A stretch of 64,000 nucleotides of DNA, from contig JACPHO010000002.1 of assembly GCA_016188545.1 (NCBI GenBank), forward strand, positions 13 to 64,012, written 5' to 3'. A program made the position numbers and the translations under genes. Source of the stretch: Candidatus Shapirobacteria bacterium. Its GTDB lineage: Bacteria > Patescibacteriota > Microgenomatia > UBA12405. The notes beneath the pieces are model-generated. The model saw nothing but the letters and a program-made list of their open reading frames with translations, made no database searches and was not told the DNA's origin. How positions within the stretch are numbered: the first letter of the stretch is position 1; the number at the start of each line of letters is the position of its first letter. Of this stretch, positions 1 to 10,119 are shown one piece after another.

Positions 1-357
1 GGAAGGCAGCTTTGCTCATCTCAAAGACAAAGTACGACTTCATAGAGGTCTAAAAACAAAGAGAAAAATGAAACTAATTAACCAAATTCTGTTGGGGAAA
101 GCACCCGAAAAGTACCATTAAGCCAAATTACAGACCTGACAGCAGGCTATTTGAAAAGTCGAATGAGATAGCTGTCAACTGGGGCTGCTGGTGTTGATGA
201 GTTTGTAGACATGACACTTTTTCCAGATGTTCAGATTTTAGAAAACCCTGAGAGCTCACCTGAAGAAAGAAGTGTAGCAATGGAACGAATTCTTACGGCT
301 GGGTTATTTGAAGAGTCTTTGTTTAAAGACTTTCCTGGACTTAGGCTAAAGTAAATG

Positions 358-429
358 TGCGCCTACCAGGAATCGAACCTGGATCAACGGTTTCGCAAAC
401 CGTCATTCTATCCATTAAACTATGGGCGC
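358..429 (-). tRNA. tRNA-Arg (anticodon GCG)
   Basis: 72 nt cloverleaf on the minus strand. Acceptor GCGCCCA/TAGGCGC (one mismatch). Anticodon stem ACGGU/ACCGU with loop UUGCGAA. T-arm CCAGG-UUCGAUU-CCUGG. No encoded CCA. Confidence 0.75.
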
Positions 430-559
430 AAATATTGCCTATATTTTAACCTAAAGTTTCGAATAACACTTCAAGTTATTCTATCCACTCGCCTCGATTG
501 GACTTCGAGTCGAAGCAGGTTAAACAATGGGCGCTAAAATTTCTTCTGATTATAACAAA

Positions 560-1144
560 TTATGCCTTTTTTTCTTGGGTTTTAGTTTTGACGGCACGAT
601 CCTCGAGCGGGAGTCTCTTGGCAAACCAAGCAGTAAGCTTATCAATGACACTAGGTGGGTTTTCGACTAAGGGGATTTTTTTGATAAGGATGTCTTTTAG
701 TTTTTCCTCATCTTTGTGGAGAATAACAAGTGAAACTAGGTTGGGAAATTTAAGAACTGTACCAAAATGAACCATTTCAGTACTGAGGCTTTTTTTGAAC
801 CAGAATTTTTCTAAAATCTCCCAATAATAGTGAGTTTCCCCGAAGTATATTCCCCGGTTTGTAATACGGTAACGTACATCAGCGGGAGGAACGGTGGAAA
901 GAACATAAAACATGAACATGAGTGACCCAAGAGCGATGATCAGGAAAAATTCTTTAATGAAGATAAAAATGACAGCAACTAAAACTAAAATAGCAACGGC
1001 AGTAATCCAAAAATCTTTTTCGCGGCGTTGGAAAGCACGTTCTGGGGCGATCCATTCGTAGAGAACTTTTTCTTCGTTGATATCTTCGAGCGTTTCTTCT
1101 ATCTTCTTTTCAATGTCGGTAGGATTCTTCTTAGTTTCGCTCAT
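560..1144 (-). CDS. hypothetical membrane protein (two TM helices followed by a soluble domain)
   Basis: 194 aa ORF with a hydrophobic core (AVAILVLVAVIFIFI...IIALGSLMFMF). No recognisable catalytic motif. Confidence 0.45.
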   Translation of the reverse strand: MSETKKNPTDIEKKIEETLEDINEEKVLYEWIAPERAFQRREKDFWITAVAILVLVAVIFIFIKEFFLIIALGSLMFMFYVLSTVPPADVRYRITNRGIYFGETHYYWEILEKFWFKKSLSTEMVHFGTVLKFPNLVSLVILHKDEEKLKDILIKKIPLVENPPSVIDKLTAWFAKRLPLEDRAVKTKTQEKKA

Positions 1145-1281
1145 TTATATCATCTTATCATAATTTTGCAGCCAAATTTGGTATACTCAGACACGAAATA
1201 TTGGGAAATATTTCTAATTACCATGAAATGTAATATCAATGAATTGATAAGCGTTTCTGTCGAAAAGCATGGCTTTTCTCG

Positions 1282-1364
1282 GGAAGGGTGCGGCGAATGG
1301 TAAGCCACGGGTTTGCTAAACCCGCGTCAGAAATGGCATGAGGGTTCGACTCCCTCCCCTTCCG
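1282..1364 (+). tRNA. tRNA-Ser (anticodon GCU), long variable arm
   Basis: Acceptor GGAAGGG/CCCUUCC. D-stem GGC/GCC. Anticodon stem CGGGU/ACCCG with loop UUGCUAA. 16 nt variable arm. T-arm GAGGG-UUCGACU-CCCUC. Confidence 0.8.
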
Positions 1365-1473
1365 CAGCGTAATAAATCGCAAAGCGATTTAAACGCTGCT
1401 AGAGACGTTTAAATTTCTGAGAAATTTATTACGTCTCGCCTACGCATTTTGCACATTGCCGCCTGTTATATAA

Positions 1474-1734
1474 TTGGTTGTGTTCTACTACACATATGTA
1501 TTGGAAAGCCTGAAAGATAATAGTTTGTATATTGGCTATACTTCTGATTTAAAGAAAAGATTCAAAAGACATAACTTAGGATTAAATAAAGCAACAAAAC
1601 CACATATTCCTTACAGACTAATTCATTTTGAAGGATTCTTGAATCGAGTTGACGCAAAAAGTCGTGAAGTTTATTTAAAATCAGGGTGGGGACTAAAGAG
1701 TGTTCATAAAATGTTGGAGAAATATTTTATATGA
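1474..1734 (+). CDS. GIY-YIG nuclease domain protein (YhbQ-like)
   Basis: N-terminal YTYVLES...LYIGYTSDLKKRFKRHN plus ...REVYLK matches the GIY-YIG signature. 86 aa. Confidence 0.7.
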   Translation: MVVFYYTYVLESLKDNSLYIGYTSDLKKRFKRHNLGLNKATKPHIPYRLIHFEGFLNRVDAKSREVYLKSGWGLKSVHKMLEKYFI

Positions 1735-1749
1735 AGTATATAATGAGGC

Positions 1750-2166
1750 ATGGAAGAAGCAGTAAAAACTTGGCATCAAAAACACAAAGAGAGACTGACT
1801 GAGGGGCAAAAAATTGCTGACAGCGTGGCTTCTCTTATGGGGAGTTGGGGATTTATAATCGGACAATCAGTACTGATATTTATTTGGATAGTCGTAAACC
1901 TGACAGCATATTTTTATCATTGGGATCCATATCCTTTTATCCTGCTAAACTTGTTCTTTTCAACCCAGGCGGCTTTTGCAGCTCCGATAATTATGATGTC
2001 GCAAAACAGACAAGGAGAAAGGGATCGAATGCAGGCACGAGATGACTACGAGACTAATGTAATAGCTAAAAGAGAAATTGAAGAACTACAAAAATCACTA
2101 TTACGAATTGAAGCTGAAAAATTGAATAAGATCATAAGCCTGTTGGAAAAACACAAAATACTTTGA
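1750..2166 (+). CDS. DUF1003 family membrane protein
   Basis: Conserved block YPFILLNL..S.QAAFAAPIIMMSQNRQ..RDR..A..DYE.N characteristic of DUF1003. Confidence 0.6.
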   Translation: MEEAVKTWHQKHKERLTEGQKIADSVASLMGSWGFIIGQSVLIFIWIVVNLTAYFYHWDPYPFILLNLFFSTQAAFAAPIIMMSQNRQGERDRMQARDDYETNVIAKREIEELQKSLLRIEAEKLNKIISLLEKHKIL

Positions 2167-2279
2167 TAATTTTGGTATTAGTTTATAAATAACAATCCGG
2201 ACATTGATTTACAAAAGTTTTCTCTAGTTGAGGTGAAACAGATTGAAAGAGAAGTAGTATGGATGCGATATAAAAAGTT

Positions 2280-3259
2280 TTAGAGTTTTGACTTGAAGAA
2301 CTCAACGTCTCTAGATAAGGCGCGGCCAAAATTTTTGGCAATATCGTGATTGTCGCCTTGGTATGAGTAAAATGTGACTGTTTTTCCGGCTTCTTTTAGC
2401 TTTTCATGGAGATAGGTACCCCAAGAAAATGGTACCGACTCATCGGCGGTGGCATGGTGAATATTCAGAGGGACTTTGACTCGAGAAATATTTTCCAGAG
2501 ATGAAATCTGGGATGTGGGGTATTGCTTTATAAATGTTTCGTATTGGGTTTTGAATTTTTCAGCTTGGCCGGGGGTGGGGCGGTTTTTGTTCATAAAATG
2601 GATAACTTGTTCGGGCAAGAGGGCAACCGCAGGTGCCCAGAGAGTGGCAGCAGTTACCCGAGGGGATGTTTCCAGAATCTGAAGGGTGACATCGCCACCC
2701 ATGGAATGACCATACATGAAGATTTTATTGGGATTGGCAGTGGGGATGGAGTCGATAGCGGCTAACAAGCTTAGTACGTCGACAGTATATTCGGATCGGG
2801 ATAGGAGTCGTCCAGAGGACTCCCCTTCAGAGCTATCGTGTCCGCGATAATCGGGTTTGAGGACCAAGAACCCTTGGGAAGCAAAAAGGTTGGAGGTGTT
2901 AATGTAGGAACGGGTAACACTATAGTCTTGTGGGGGATAAAACCATGGTTAACAATAACAACCGGCCAACCGTTGGTGGGAGGAGTACCGGATGGGGTGA
3001 TCATTAGGGCATTGAGGGTAAGATCGTCAGACAGATAGCTAACTACTTGAGTTGATGGTGATATGGTTTTGACCAATTTTAGTTTTTGAAAAGGGAAGCG
3101 ACGCATGGACAAACTTTCAATACTGAGCGGATGAATAGCGGTGCCAGTAACCGACGACGGGGCATTGGGAAGAGGGGTATTGCTCGTCGGCTGAGAGCTG
3201 GGTCGGGATATAAAATAGAAAATTAAACTTACTACTACTGCTATAGTAATTAGTTTCAT
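2280..3259 (-). pseudogene. alpha/beta-hydrolase (S9/dienelactone-hydrolase-like), split into two overlapping ORFs (frameshift)
   Basis: The upstream ORF carries a signal peptide and ...VVIVNHGF. The downstream ORF carries PDYRG...GHSMGG (GxSxG nucleophile). The two overlap at 2771-2867 in different frames. Confidence 0.5.
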
Positions 3260-3361
3260 AAATAATTATACATTAGTCATAAATAAGAGCAAAATGACTG
3301 GTAAAGTGTTGTGTTTTAGTGTACATTTATATTATCTCTTACTGTTTTAGTATCAGTTAGA

Positions 3362-4357
3362 ATGCTAATTGAAGCTTGGAATGTAGACGAAAAAGAATAC
3401 CCTACCAGAGGAGCCTTCGAAGACAAGGCAAAGTTTTTATTAAGATACGCAATATTGGCGCCGTCGGGACATAATAGCCAGCCGTGGAAATTTGAAATAT
3501 CTAAAAATAAAATAATCGTTAGACCAGACTACAACCGAGGCAGGAGTGTGGTGGATAGTGAACATCGGGAATTGTTTATTAGCTTGGGGGCAGTTTCAAA
3601 AATAATCGCCATTGCAGCTGATAGATTTGGAATGAGTTACCGCAGAAAGGTGATTAAGGACAGGGTGGAGTTTATATTTGGTGAGGAAAAGACGGTTAAG
3701 AAAAATTTGGAGTTATTTAAGGCCATAACTAAACGCAGAACTTATCGGGAAAGGTACAAGAAAAAGAAAATCCCGCTGAGACTAGTTGCCAAAATTAAAA
3801 AAATAACCAGTAAGGGACAGAGCATGGTAGCGGTAAACGACCCCGATCTAATTAAGGTGATGGCTGATTTAATCGAAAGAGCCGACTGTGTCTGGTATAA
3901 AAGTAGATCATTAATTCGGGAATTGGAGGAATGGATGAGAGATGACCTTGAGTTAACCAAGGATGGGCTACCAACCGGGATGATTAATATGTACAAAATA
4001 GCGGCAGAAACAAAATACCTATTTTCAAAAGATAGCCGGGTGGCTAAGGAAAAAGCAGAAAGAGACAGAGTTATTGCTAAAAACACTCCCCTGTTTTTAA
4101 TAATTGTTAGTAATGATAACGACATTCATAGTTGGATTGAGGCGGGGGAAATGTATGGAGAAATAATTTTAACAGCTCAAAAACTAGGTCTGGCTAGTGG
4201 GGTGCTGGGGTCGATAACTGAACTTACCGGAATGAAAAACAAAATGACAAAGTTATTCAGTATTGAGGGACACGTGCAGCTAGTACTAAGTGTGGGCTAT
4301 GCCAGAGTAAAAGTTCCAGCGACCCCGCGAAGGCCGCTTGAGGAAATGCTGGCCTGA
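3362..4357 (+). CDS. nitroreductase-family protein (tandem nitroreductase-like domains)
   Basis: APSGHNSQPW motif and nitroreductase-like architecture. 331 aa. Confidence 0.65.
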   Translation: MLIEAWNVDEKEYPTRGAFEDKAKFLLRYAILAPSGHNSQPWKFEISKNKIIVRPDYNRGRSVVDSEHRELFISLGAVSKIIAIAADRFGMSYRRKVIKDRVEFIFGEEKTVKKNLELFKAITKRRTYRERYKKKKIPLRLVAKIKKITSKGQSMVAVNDPDLIKVMADLIERADCVWYKSRSLIRELEEWMRDDLELTKDGLPTGMINMYKIAAETKYLFSKDSRVAKEKAERDRVIAKNTPLFLIIVSNDNDIHSWIEAGEMYGEIILTAQKLGLASGVLGSITELTGMKNKMTKLFSIEGHVQLVLSVGYARVKVPATPRRPLEEMLA

Positions 4358-4358
4358 C

Positions 4359-5771
4359 TTAGACAGTGGTGATTTGAAGGGCATTAGTTAGTCCGGCTTT
4401 TTGCCACTGAGAACCATGGACGACAACAACATTTTCACCTTTTTTAATTAAGCCTTTTTCAACCAATTCTCCGAGGACTTTGTCTGGGGTGGTAAAAAAC
4501 GGTTCGTGATAGTTGGTGACAAATGGGGTAACACCAAAAGAGATGGTTAGTGATTCGGCAACTTTTTTATCTCTAGTGACAGCGATGACCGGGACGCTTT
4601 GGCGATAACGAGAAATAAAACGAACAGTATGTCCGGTTTCAGTAAAGACAATTAGATGGTCGATAGGTGGTTCTATATTTGATTTGGCGATAGATACGGC
4701 TGATTTGGTTATAACTGAGGTGGCGTTATTATCTTGAAAATTAAGTTGTTCGACGGGACGGTTGGACTCGTTCCAGGAAGCGATACGAGTCATGGTCTGC
4801 ACTGTTCGAACTGGATATTTACCACCGGCGGTTTCGGCAGATAGCATGATGGCGTCGGTACCGTCATAAATTGCATTAGCAACATCGGTGGCCTCTGCGC
4901 GGGTAGGACGAGGATTGACAATCATCGATTCCAGCATTTGAGTGGCGGTGATGACTGGCTTGCCGGCGAGGCGACATTTACGGATGATGGTCTCCTGCCA
5001 ATAGGCAAGTTGTTCAATAGCTGTTTCAATACCAAGATCTCCACGGGCGACCATGACTACATCGGTTTCGGCAATTATCTCATCAATATGATTTAGAGCT
5101 ACTTGATTTTCGATCTTGGCGACTATCTGGGCGTCCATCCCCCGCTGCTGCATTTCAAGACGGAGCATGCGAATATCAGCGGCGGTACGGACGAAGGAAA
5201 GACCGACGTAATCGACCTTGTTACGGGCATTTTTCTCAATCTGAGCAATATCATTGTCGATAAGGGATGGGAAATCAATGTCGATACCGGGAAGATTGAC
5301 ACCCTTGCGGTGTTTGATAACCGCATCGTTTTTGACCTTAGTAATGAGATATGTTTCGTGGACAGAGATAATTGAAGTCTCAACAAAACCATCGTCAATG
5401 AAAAGATCATCACCTGGTTTTAGAAGTGAGAAAACTGCGGAATGGGGAATAATGACATCGATATCATCAACAAAGGAGGAACCGATTTTTATCTCCTGAC
5501 CATTTTTGACCTGAACATCGACTTTATCTCGAGTCTCAAGCCGGATTTCCGGACCCTGAAGATCGAGTAGAATACCGATAACAGCACCTTTACTATCGGC
5601 GACTTGCTGGGCTAACTTGATATGTTCATCGTGCCAATCGGGGGTGGAGTGTTTGGTGTTGAATCTGAAAACATTGACACCAGCATCGATGAGTTCGGAC
5701 ATTAAGAGGGTGGTATCAGAAGCGGGGCCGATAGTGGCGACGATTTTGGTTAGTTTAGTTTTTTTGGTCAT
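4359..5771 (-). CDS. pyk: pyruvate kinase
   Basis: MTKKTKLTKIVATIGPASDT..., ...NFSHG-like region, and MVARGDLGIE, all typical of pyruvate kinase. Start trimmed to the internal Met (MTKKTK). Confidence 0.9.
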   Translation of the reverse strand: MTKKTKLTKIVATIGPASDTTLLMSELIDAGVNVFRFNTKHSTPDWHDEHIKLAQQVADSKGAVIGILLDLQGPEIRLETRDKVDVQVKNGQEIKIGSSFVDDIDVIIPHSAVFSLLKPGDDLFIDDGFVETSIISVHETYLITKVKNDAVIKHRKGVNLPGIDIDFPSLIDNDIAQIEKNARNKVDYVGLSFVRTAADIRMLRLEMQQRGMDAQIVAKIENQVALNHIDEIIAETDVVMVARGDLGIETAIEQLAYWQETIIRKCRLAGKPVITATQMLESMIVNPRPTRAEATDVANAIYDGTDAIMLSAETAGGKYPVRTVQTMTRIASWNESNRPVEQLNFQDNNATSVITKSAVSIAKSNIEPPIDHLIVFTETGHTVRFISRYRQSVPVIAVTRDKKVAESLTISFGVTPFVTNYHEPFFTTPDKVLGELVEKGLIKKGENVVVVHGSQWQKAGLTNALQITTV

Positions 5772-5826
5772 AGACGATAGAGGATTATATTCTATATTTT
5801 TTAAGATTAAAGTGGGGAGAGTTTTG

Positions 5827-7284
5827 ATGGTAGAATGGGACATGATTTTGGGTAGGGGCGTAATTTATCGATACAGTAAAGAACCGATCTTTAATGGAGC
5901 GGAATTTTTTGTGGGTAAGGGAGAAAAAGTGGGGTTGGTGGGACAGAACGGCTCGGGTAAATCTACACTATTTAAACTGATAATGGGTGAAGAATACCCA
6001 GATGAGGGGTCGGTCAAGGTTGATGGTACAGTACTGGGGGTACCTCAGGAAGTAAAACACGACGAGCAGATGGAGAAAGCAGCATCGGTTCGGGATTATA
6101 TTGATCCAAAACACCAAAAAGAAGATTATGAACTACGAAGACTACTGGCAAAACTAGAGTTGGGAGAATATGATCTGTCGGATAAACCGGTTAAAATGAG
6201 CGGTGGTCAGAAGACTAAGCTGGCCATAGTGCGGGCGTTAGTCGCCTCCCCTGATGTATTACTTTTGGATGAGCCGACCAACTTTTTGGATACTGCCGGA
6301 AAGCAGTGGGTAATGGATTTTTTGGGTAAATACCCAAAGACACTTCTAATTATTTCCCACGACTTAAATCTTCTGGATAAATCGATTGACAAAATACTGG
6401 AGGTAAATGGTCAGTCAAAAAAACTGGATGAATATAAAGGAAACTATACTGATTACGTCAAGTTGAAAGGTGAAAAAGATGCACTCTTGGTTCGACAAAT
6501 TCATGTCCAGGAACGACATATTGTGCGAATGAAAAAGGGATGGTTAAAAATGTCGCATGTTAAGTCAGAAAAAGGTGTCCGCCAGAAACTACAGTTGGAA
6601 AAGCGTATCGTGGCGATGGAAGAAAGCCTGCCAACCATGCCATCTGAAGCTAAGAAATTCAAAATTAAATTACCAGAACCTTCATGGGTGGGATCAATCC
6701 CCCTGATGATGAGTGGGATTAACAAAGCCTATGGGACTAAAAAAGTACTGACTGGAGTTGATTTTGATATCAAACGGGGTGAGCGAATTGCCCTGGTCGG
6801 GCAAAACGGAGCCGGAAAAAGTACCTTGATCAAAATTATTATGGGGATGCAGGAGGCTGATTCGGGAGAGGTTTATAAAGATGAGAAACTGGTGATCGGA
6901 TACTATTCTCAGGAGTTTGAAACTTTTGATTTTGATAAAACACTTTTGGAGACTATAAAAGATGTGTGTTCGATGCCGGAACAGACCCTACGGGGACATT
7001 TGGGAAGGTTTTTGTTTGGGGCGGATAAAGTCAACCAAAAGGTGAAAACTTTGTCCGGTGGAGAAAAGACAAGACTGGCGATAGCCTTACTTCTGGGACA
7101 GAATTTTAACCTACTGGTACTGGACGAGCCAACAACGTACCTTGATGTACTTTCCCAACGATTAATTCTGGAAGCTTTGAAGGGTTACAGCGGGGCAATG
7201 ATATTGGTGTCACACACACCAGAATTTATTACGGAACTAAAGCCTAATCGCAAATTTTACCTACCGGAAAACCGCTGGGAATAA
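5827..7284 (+). CDS. ABC-F family ATPase (two ABC domains, no TMD)
   Basis: Two Walker A motifs (GQNGSGKST and GQNGAGKST) and two signature motifs (LSGGQKTKLA and LSGGEKTRLA). Start moved to the internal Met to avoid overlapping pyk. Confidence 0.85.
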   Translation: MVEWDMILGRGVIYRYSKEPIFNGAEFFVGKGEKVGLVGQNGSGKSTLFKLIMGEEYPDEGSVKVDGTVLGVPQEVKHDEQMEKAASVRDYIDPKHQKEDYELRRLLAKLELGEYDLSDKPVKMSGGQKTKLAIVRALVASPDVLLLDEPTNFLDTAGKQWVMDFLGKYPKTLLIISHDLNLLDKSIDKILEVNGQSKKLDEYKGNYTDYVKLKGEKDALLVRQIHVQERHIVRMKKGWLKMSHVKSEKGVRQKLQLEKRIVAMEESLPTMPSEAKKFKIKLPEPSWVGSIPLMMSGINKAYGTKKVLTGVDFDIKRGERIALVGQNGAGKSTLIKIIMGMQEADSGEVYKDEKLVIGYYSQEFETFDFDKTLLETIKDVCSMPEQTLRGHLGRFLFGADKVNQKVKTLSGGEKTRLAIALLLGQNFNLLVLDEPTTYLDVLSQRLILEALKGYSGAMILVSHTPEFITELKPNRKFYLPENRWE

Positions 7285-7329
7285 CCTAATTATTGCCAAA
7301 GAGTAGGTTATTTTGTAAAATGTAGACCC

Positions 7330-9063
7330 ATGAAAGTTGTGCGACAGTTCTTACATTTCCTAAAAGACTACAAGCTATCGATGGTCATGTTTATGACGGT
7401 CACTACTTTGTCGGTGCTGGCAGAGTCGATGAGACCATGGTCGCTGAAAATGATCCTCGATAGTGTAGGTGTTAATGATATGAATAGGGTGTACTGGTAC
7501 CTTGGACTTTTGGGGGTATCGACTATCGGGGGAAACATAATTAATTCTCTGGGGTACTTCTACGGTGACGTAGTTAAGATTCCCCTATCAAAACAGATTA
7601 GAGAAGTAGTGTTCAAAAAAGTTCTCGACCTGGATTTTGCTTACCATGTTGATAAAAATACCGGCTCGCTCATTAGCGCATTTCGGCGGGGGGATGGAGC
7701 GGTGAATTCGATATTTGATGCGGTGTTTCAGGAAATTTATTGGACGATTATATACATTGGGGTGGCACTGTGGTTTTTGTTCCAAGCCTCCCCTTCGATT
7801 GGAATGGCACTGGTGGGATTGTTTGCTATCAACATGAGCATGATTTTTTGGCTTATAAAAAAGAATCTAAAGACAAGGGTGGTGTTCAATAAAACAGAAG
7901 ATGAGATTTCGGGGATTATCGCCGATACAATGATCAACTACGACACAGTTAAGTTTTTTGCCGCCGAAAAAAGAGAAGAGAAAAGATTGGCCAACAAGTT
8001 TTCAGAGTGGACGAGAGCAGTATGGGACTATGCCAACACCTTTAGGATGATGGATGTGGGGGTAGGGACGGTATCGGCTAGTGGAATGCTACTGATGCTA
8101 TGGATAGCTGTATCAAAACTCAACAACGGGCTAACTATTGGGGATATTGTGATGATCTCTGGATTTGTGACCAGTTTGCATTTTCAATTCTTCCACTTGT
8201 TTTCACAAATTAGAAATATTGCCAAACATACCGCGGACCTGGAGGCTTATTTTGGAATTCTAGATAACGAAGTGTGTGTCAAGGAAGCCACAAGGCCAAG
8301 AAAAATTAAAAAAATGGCAGGGAAAATTGAATTTCAAAAAGTCGGATTTGTCTATCCAAAAAACAATCAGAAAGTATTGGATGATATTAACTTAGTAATA
8401 AAGTCGGGAACCAAGGTAGCGTTTGTAGGTCGGTCGGGTACCGGGAAAACAACTTTGGTTAAACTGCTTCTACGATTTTACGACCCCAGCAAGGGACGGA
8501 TATTGATCGATGGGGTGGATATTAAAAAAATGACTAAGAGCAACCTGCGGTCGATTATCTCGGTAGTGCCACAAGAACCGGTACTGTTTAATAACTCCAT
8601 CAAATTTAACCTGGCTTACGGCAAGGAAGAAGCCACCATGGAAGAGATATTGACTGTGGCGGAACAGGCCAACATCATTGATTTTATTGACAAGCTCCCC
8701 AAAGGCTGGGATACGATGGTGGGAGAACGGGGAATAAAGCTTAGCGGTGGACAGAAGCAGAGGTTAGCAATTGCCCGAGCCCTACTTACCAACCCTAAAG
8801 TTTTGATCTTTGACGAGGCAACTTCGAACCTCGACTCAGAATCGGAGAGGATGATCCAGACGGCCCTTGAGGAAGTGTCAAAAAGTCGGACAGTAATTAT
8901 TGTGGCGCATAGGTTCTCAACAGTTCGCGATGCAGATAATATTGTGGTACTGGCGGGGGGAACGATAGTCGAAAGTGGGAAGCACCAAGAACTACTGGCC
9001 AAAAAGGGCGTCTACGAAAAGCTGTGGTCGATTCAAACGAAGGGGAAGAGCAAGAAGAAATAA
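7330..9063 (+). CDS. ABC exporter, fused permease/ATPase (MsbA-like)
   Basis: N-terminal 6-TM domain. C-terminal NBD with GRSGTGKTT and LSGGQKQRLAIARAL...IFDEATSNLD. Confidence 0.85.
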   Translation: MKVVRQFLHFLKDYKLSMVMFMTVTTLSVLAESMRPWSLKMILDSVGVNDMNRVYWYLGLLGVSTIGGNIINSLGYFYGDVVKIPLSKQIREVVFKKVLDLDFAYHVDKNTGSLISAFRRGDGAVNSIFDAVFQEIYWTIIYIGVALWFLFQASPSIGMALVGLFAINMSMIFWLIKKNLKTRVVFNKTEDEISGIIADTMINYDTVKFFAAEKREEKRLANKFSEWTRAVWDYANTFRMMDVGVGTVSASGMLLMLWIAVSKLNNGLTIGDIVMISGFVTSLHFQFFHLFSQIRNIAKHTADLEAYFGILDNEVCVKEATRPRKIKKMAGKIEFQKVGFVYPKNNQKVLDDINLVIKSGTKVAFVGRSGTGKTTLVKLLLRFYDPSKGRILIDGVDIKKMTKSNLRSIISVVPQEPVLFNNSIKFNLAYGKEEATMEEILTVAEQANIIDFIDKLPKGWDTMVGERGIKLSGGQKQRLAIARALLTNPKVLIFDEATSNLDSESERMIQTALEEVSKSRTVIIVAHRFSTVRDADNIVVLAGGTIVESGKHQELLAKKGVYEKLWSIQTKGKSKKK

Positions 9064-9098
9064 TTCTTAATACGTAAACAGTAATTGGTAAATTGAGA

Positions 9099-9917
9099 CT
9101 ATGATTTTGATTTTAGATAATTTTTTGGAGATATAACCTTTGTCCCAGATTCTGATTCCAGTTTTACCCTAGCTTGACGAGCGATTTGACCACCTCGATG
9201 ACCAGCGCTGATATTTTCCGGCATTCCAGTGGCGTCAAAAGATTGGGCAATGGTTCGCGTGGAGGCTTCAGCTAAGGCAGTAAAAATTAGTTCTAATTCC
9301 GACATGTGATCACGAAGATTTTGATTTTTTAAGCCTTTAAGTTCTTTATGATTTCTAATGGTCATATCGGACCATTCCTGATGAATAATGTTGGTTAATA
9401 TGGCAAATTCCTGTTCTTTGGTTACCTCATGATTTTTCCAGTAATCGGTCAATTTATTTCGAGTCTCTTGGCCCATCATTCGTTGTTGAATCCATTTGTC
9501 ACTCCGGCCTAACTTTTGCCAGTGACTTCGGGCACGATTAACTGCCTTTTCCGGATCGCCAATTTCTTCGATTCGCTCATAACCGACTTTGGCTAACCAG
9601 CGTTTGAAGGGTTCAGCTTTGGGTGAGGGAATGGATTGGATAATTCTAAATAAACCTTCGATATTGGCACAGTCTGTTTCTCGTTTTTTGCCATCATTAG
9701 CAACTAATTTTAACCGGTGACAATTTGTCACCACTTCACTCCCTTCATCTCTAAGTCTCTGAACCAATTTATTCCAATATTTCCTTGGATCCTCACTATC
9801 TGTCAATACACCAACAACGCCAACTACCGAAAACCACCATTTATCCTTAAACCATATACGGCGAATTTCTTTTTGGTGGAAATTTATTGGTTTTGAGTTA
9901 TTTATTACTTGATTCAT
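9099..9917 (-). CDS. BRO-N (KilA-N-like) domain protein
   Basis: INFHQKEIRRIWFKDKWWFSVVGV...EGLFRII.S..PKAEPFKRWLAKV matches the Bro-N/antirepressor N-domain pattern. The long ORF (to 10139) reads through tRNA-Arg, so it is trimmed to the Met at 9917. Confidence 0.55.
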   Translation of the reverse strand: MNQVINNSKPINFHQKEIRRIWFKDKWWFSVVGVVGVLTDSEDPRKYWNKLVQRLRDEGSEVVTNCHRLKLVANDGKKRETDCANIEGLFRIIQSIPSPKAEPFKRWLAKVGYERIEEIGDPEKAVNRARSHWQKLGRSDKWIQQRMMGQETRNKLTDYWKNHEVTKEQEFAILTNIIHQEWSDMTIRNHKELKGLKNQNLRDHMSELELIFTALAEASTRTIAQSFDATGMPENISAGHRGGQIARQARVKLESESGTKVISPKNYLKSKS

Positions 9918-9985
9918 AGTAAAGAATATACCCGAATAAAACCCAAAGTCAAGATTTATAGTAATTGTGAGGTAAAATTGGACAA

Positions 9986-10057
9986 GTTCCTGTAGTCCAA
10001 TGGATAAGATGATCCCCTCCGAAGGGATTGATCCGGGTTCGACTCCCGGCGGGAACA
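9986..10057 (+). tRNA. tRNA-Arg (anticodon CCG)
   Basis: Acceptor GUUCCUG/CGGGAAC. Anticodon stem AUCCC/GGGAU with loop CUCCGAA. T-arm CCGGG-UUCGACU-CCCGG. Confidence 0.8.
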
Positions 10058-10119
10058 CAGACAAATAAGAAAAGAATTCAGGCACAATATCGTTTGAAGC
10101 TAGTAAGCTATAATAAGAG

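Noticed and set aside
355-770. ORFs 355..537 (+) and 498..770 (+) from the six-frame track
   Set aside because: They overlap the tRNA-Arg(GCG) gene and the 3' end of the minus-strand membrane-protein gene. They have no motifs and are low-complexity. Treated as spurious.
1028-1303. ORF 1028..1303 (+)
   Set aside because: It runs antisense over the 560..1144 gene and into tRNA-Ser(GCU). Spurious.
5617-5826. Upstream part of the ABC-F ORF overlapping pyk
   Set aside because: It overlaps the pyruvate kinase gene by ~150-220 nt on the opposite strand. The Walker A motif begins soon after the internal Met at 5827, so the shorter start was preferred.
8616-9002. Antisense ORFs inside large genes, for example 8616..9002, 14157..14516, 47285..47752, 49226..49570 and 54410..54658
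   Set aside because: They are fully embedded opposite well-supported CDSs (ABC transporter, UvrA-like, island genes). No motifs or start signals. Spurious.
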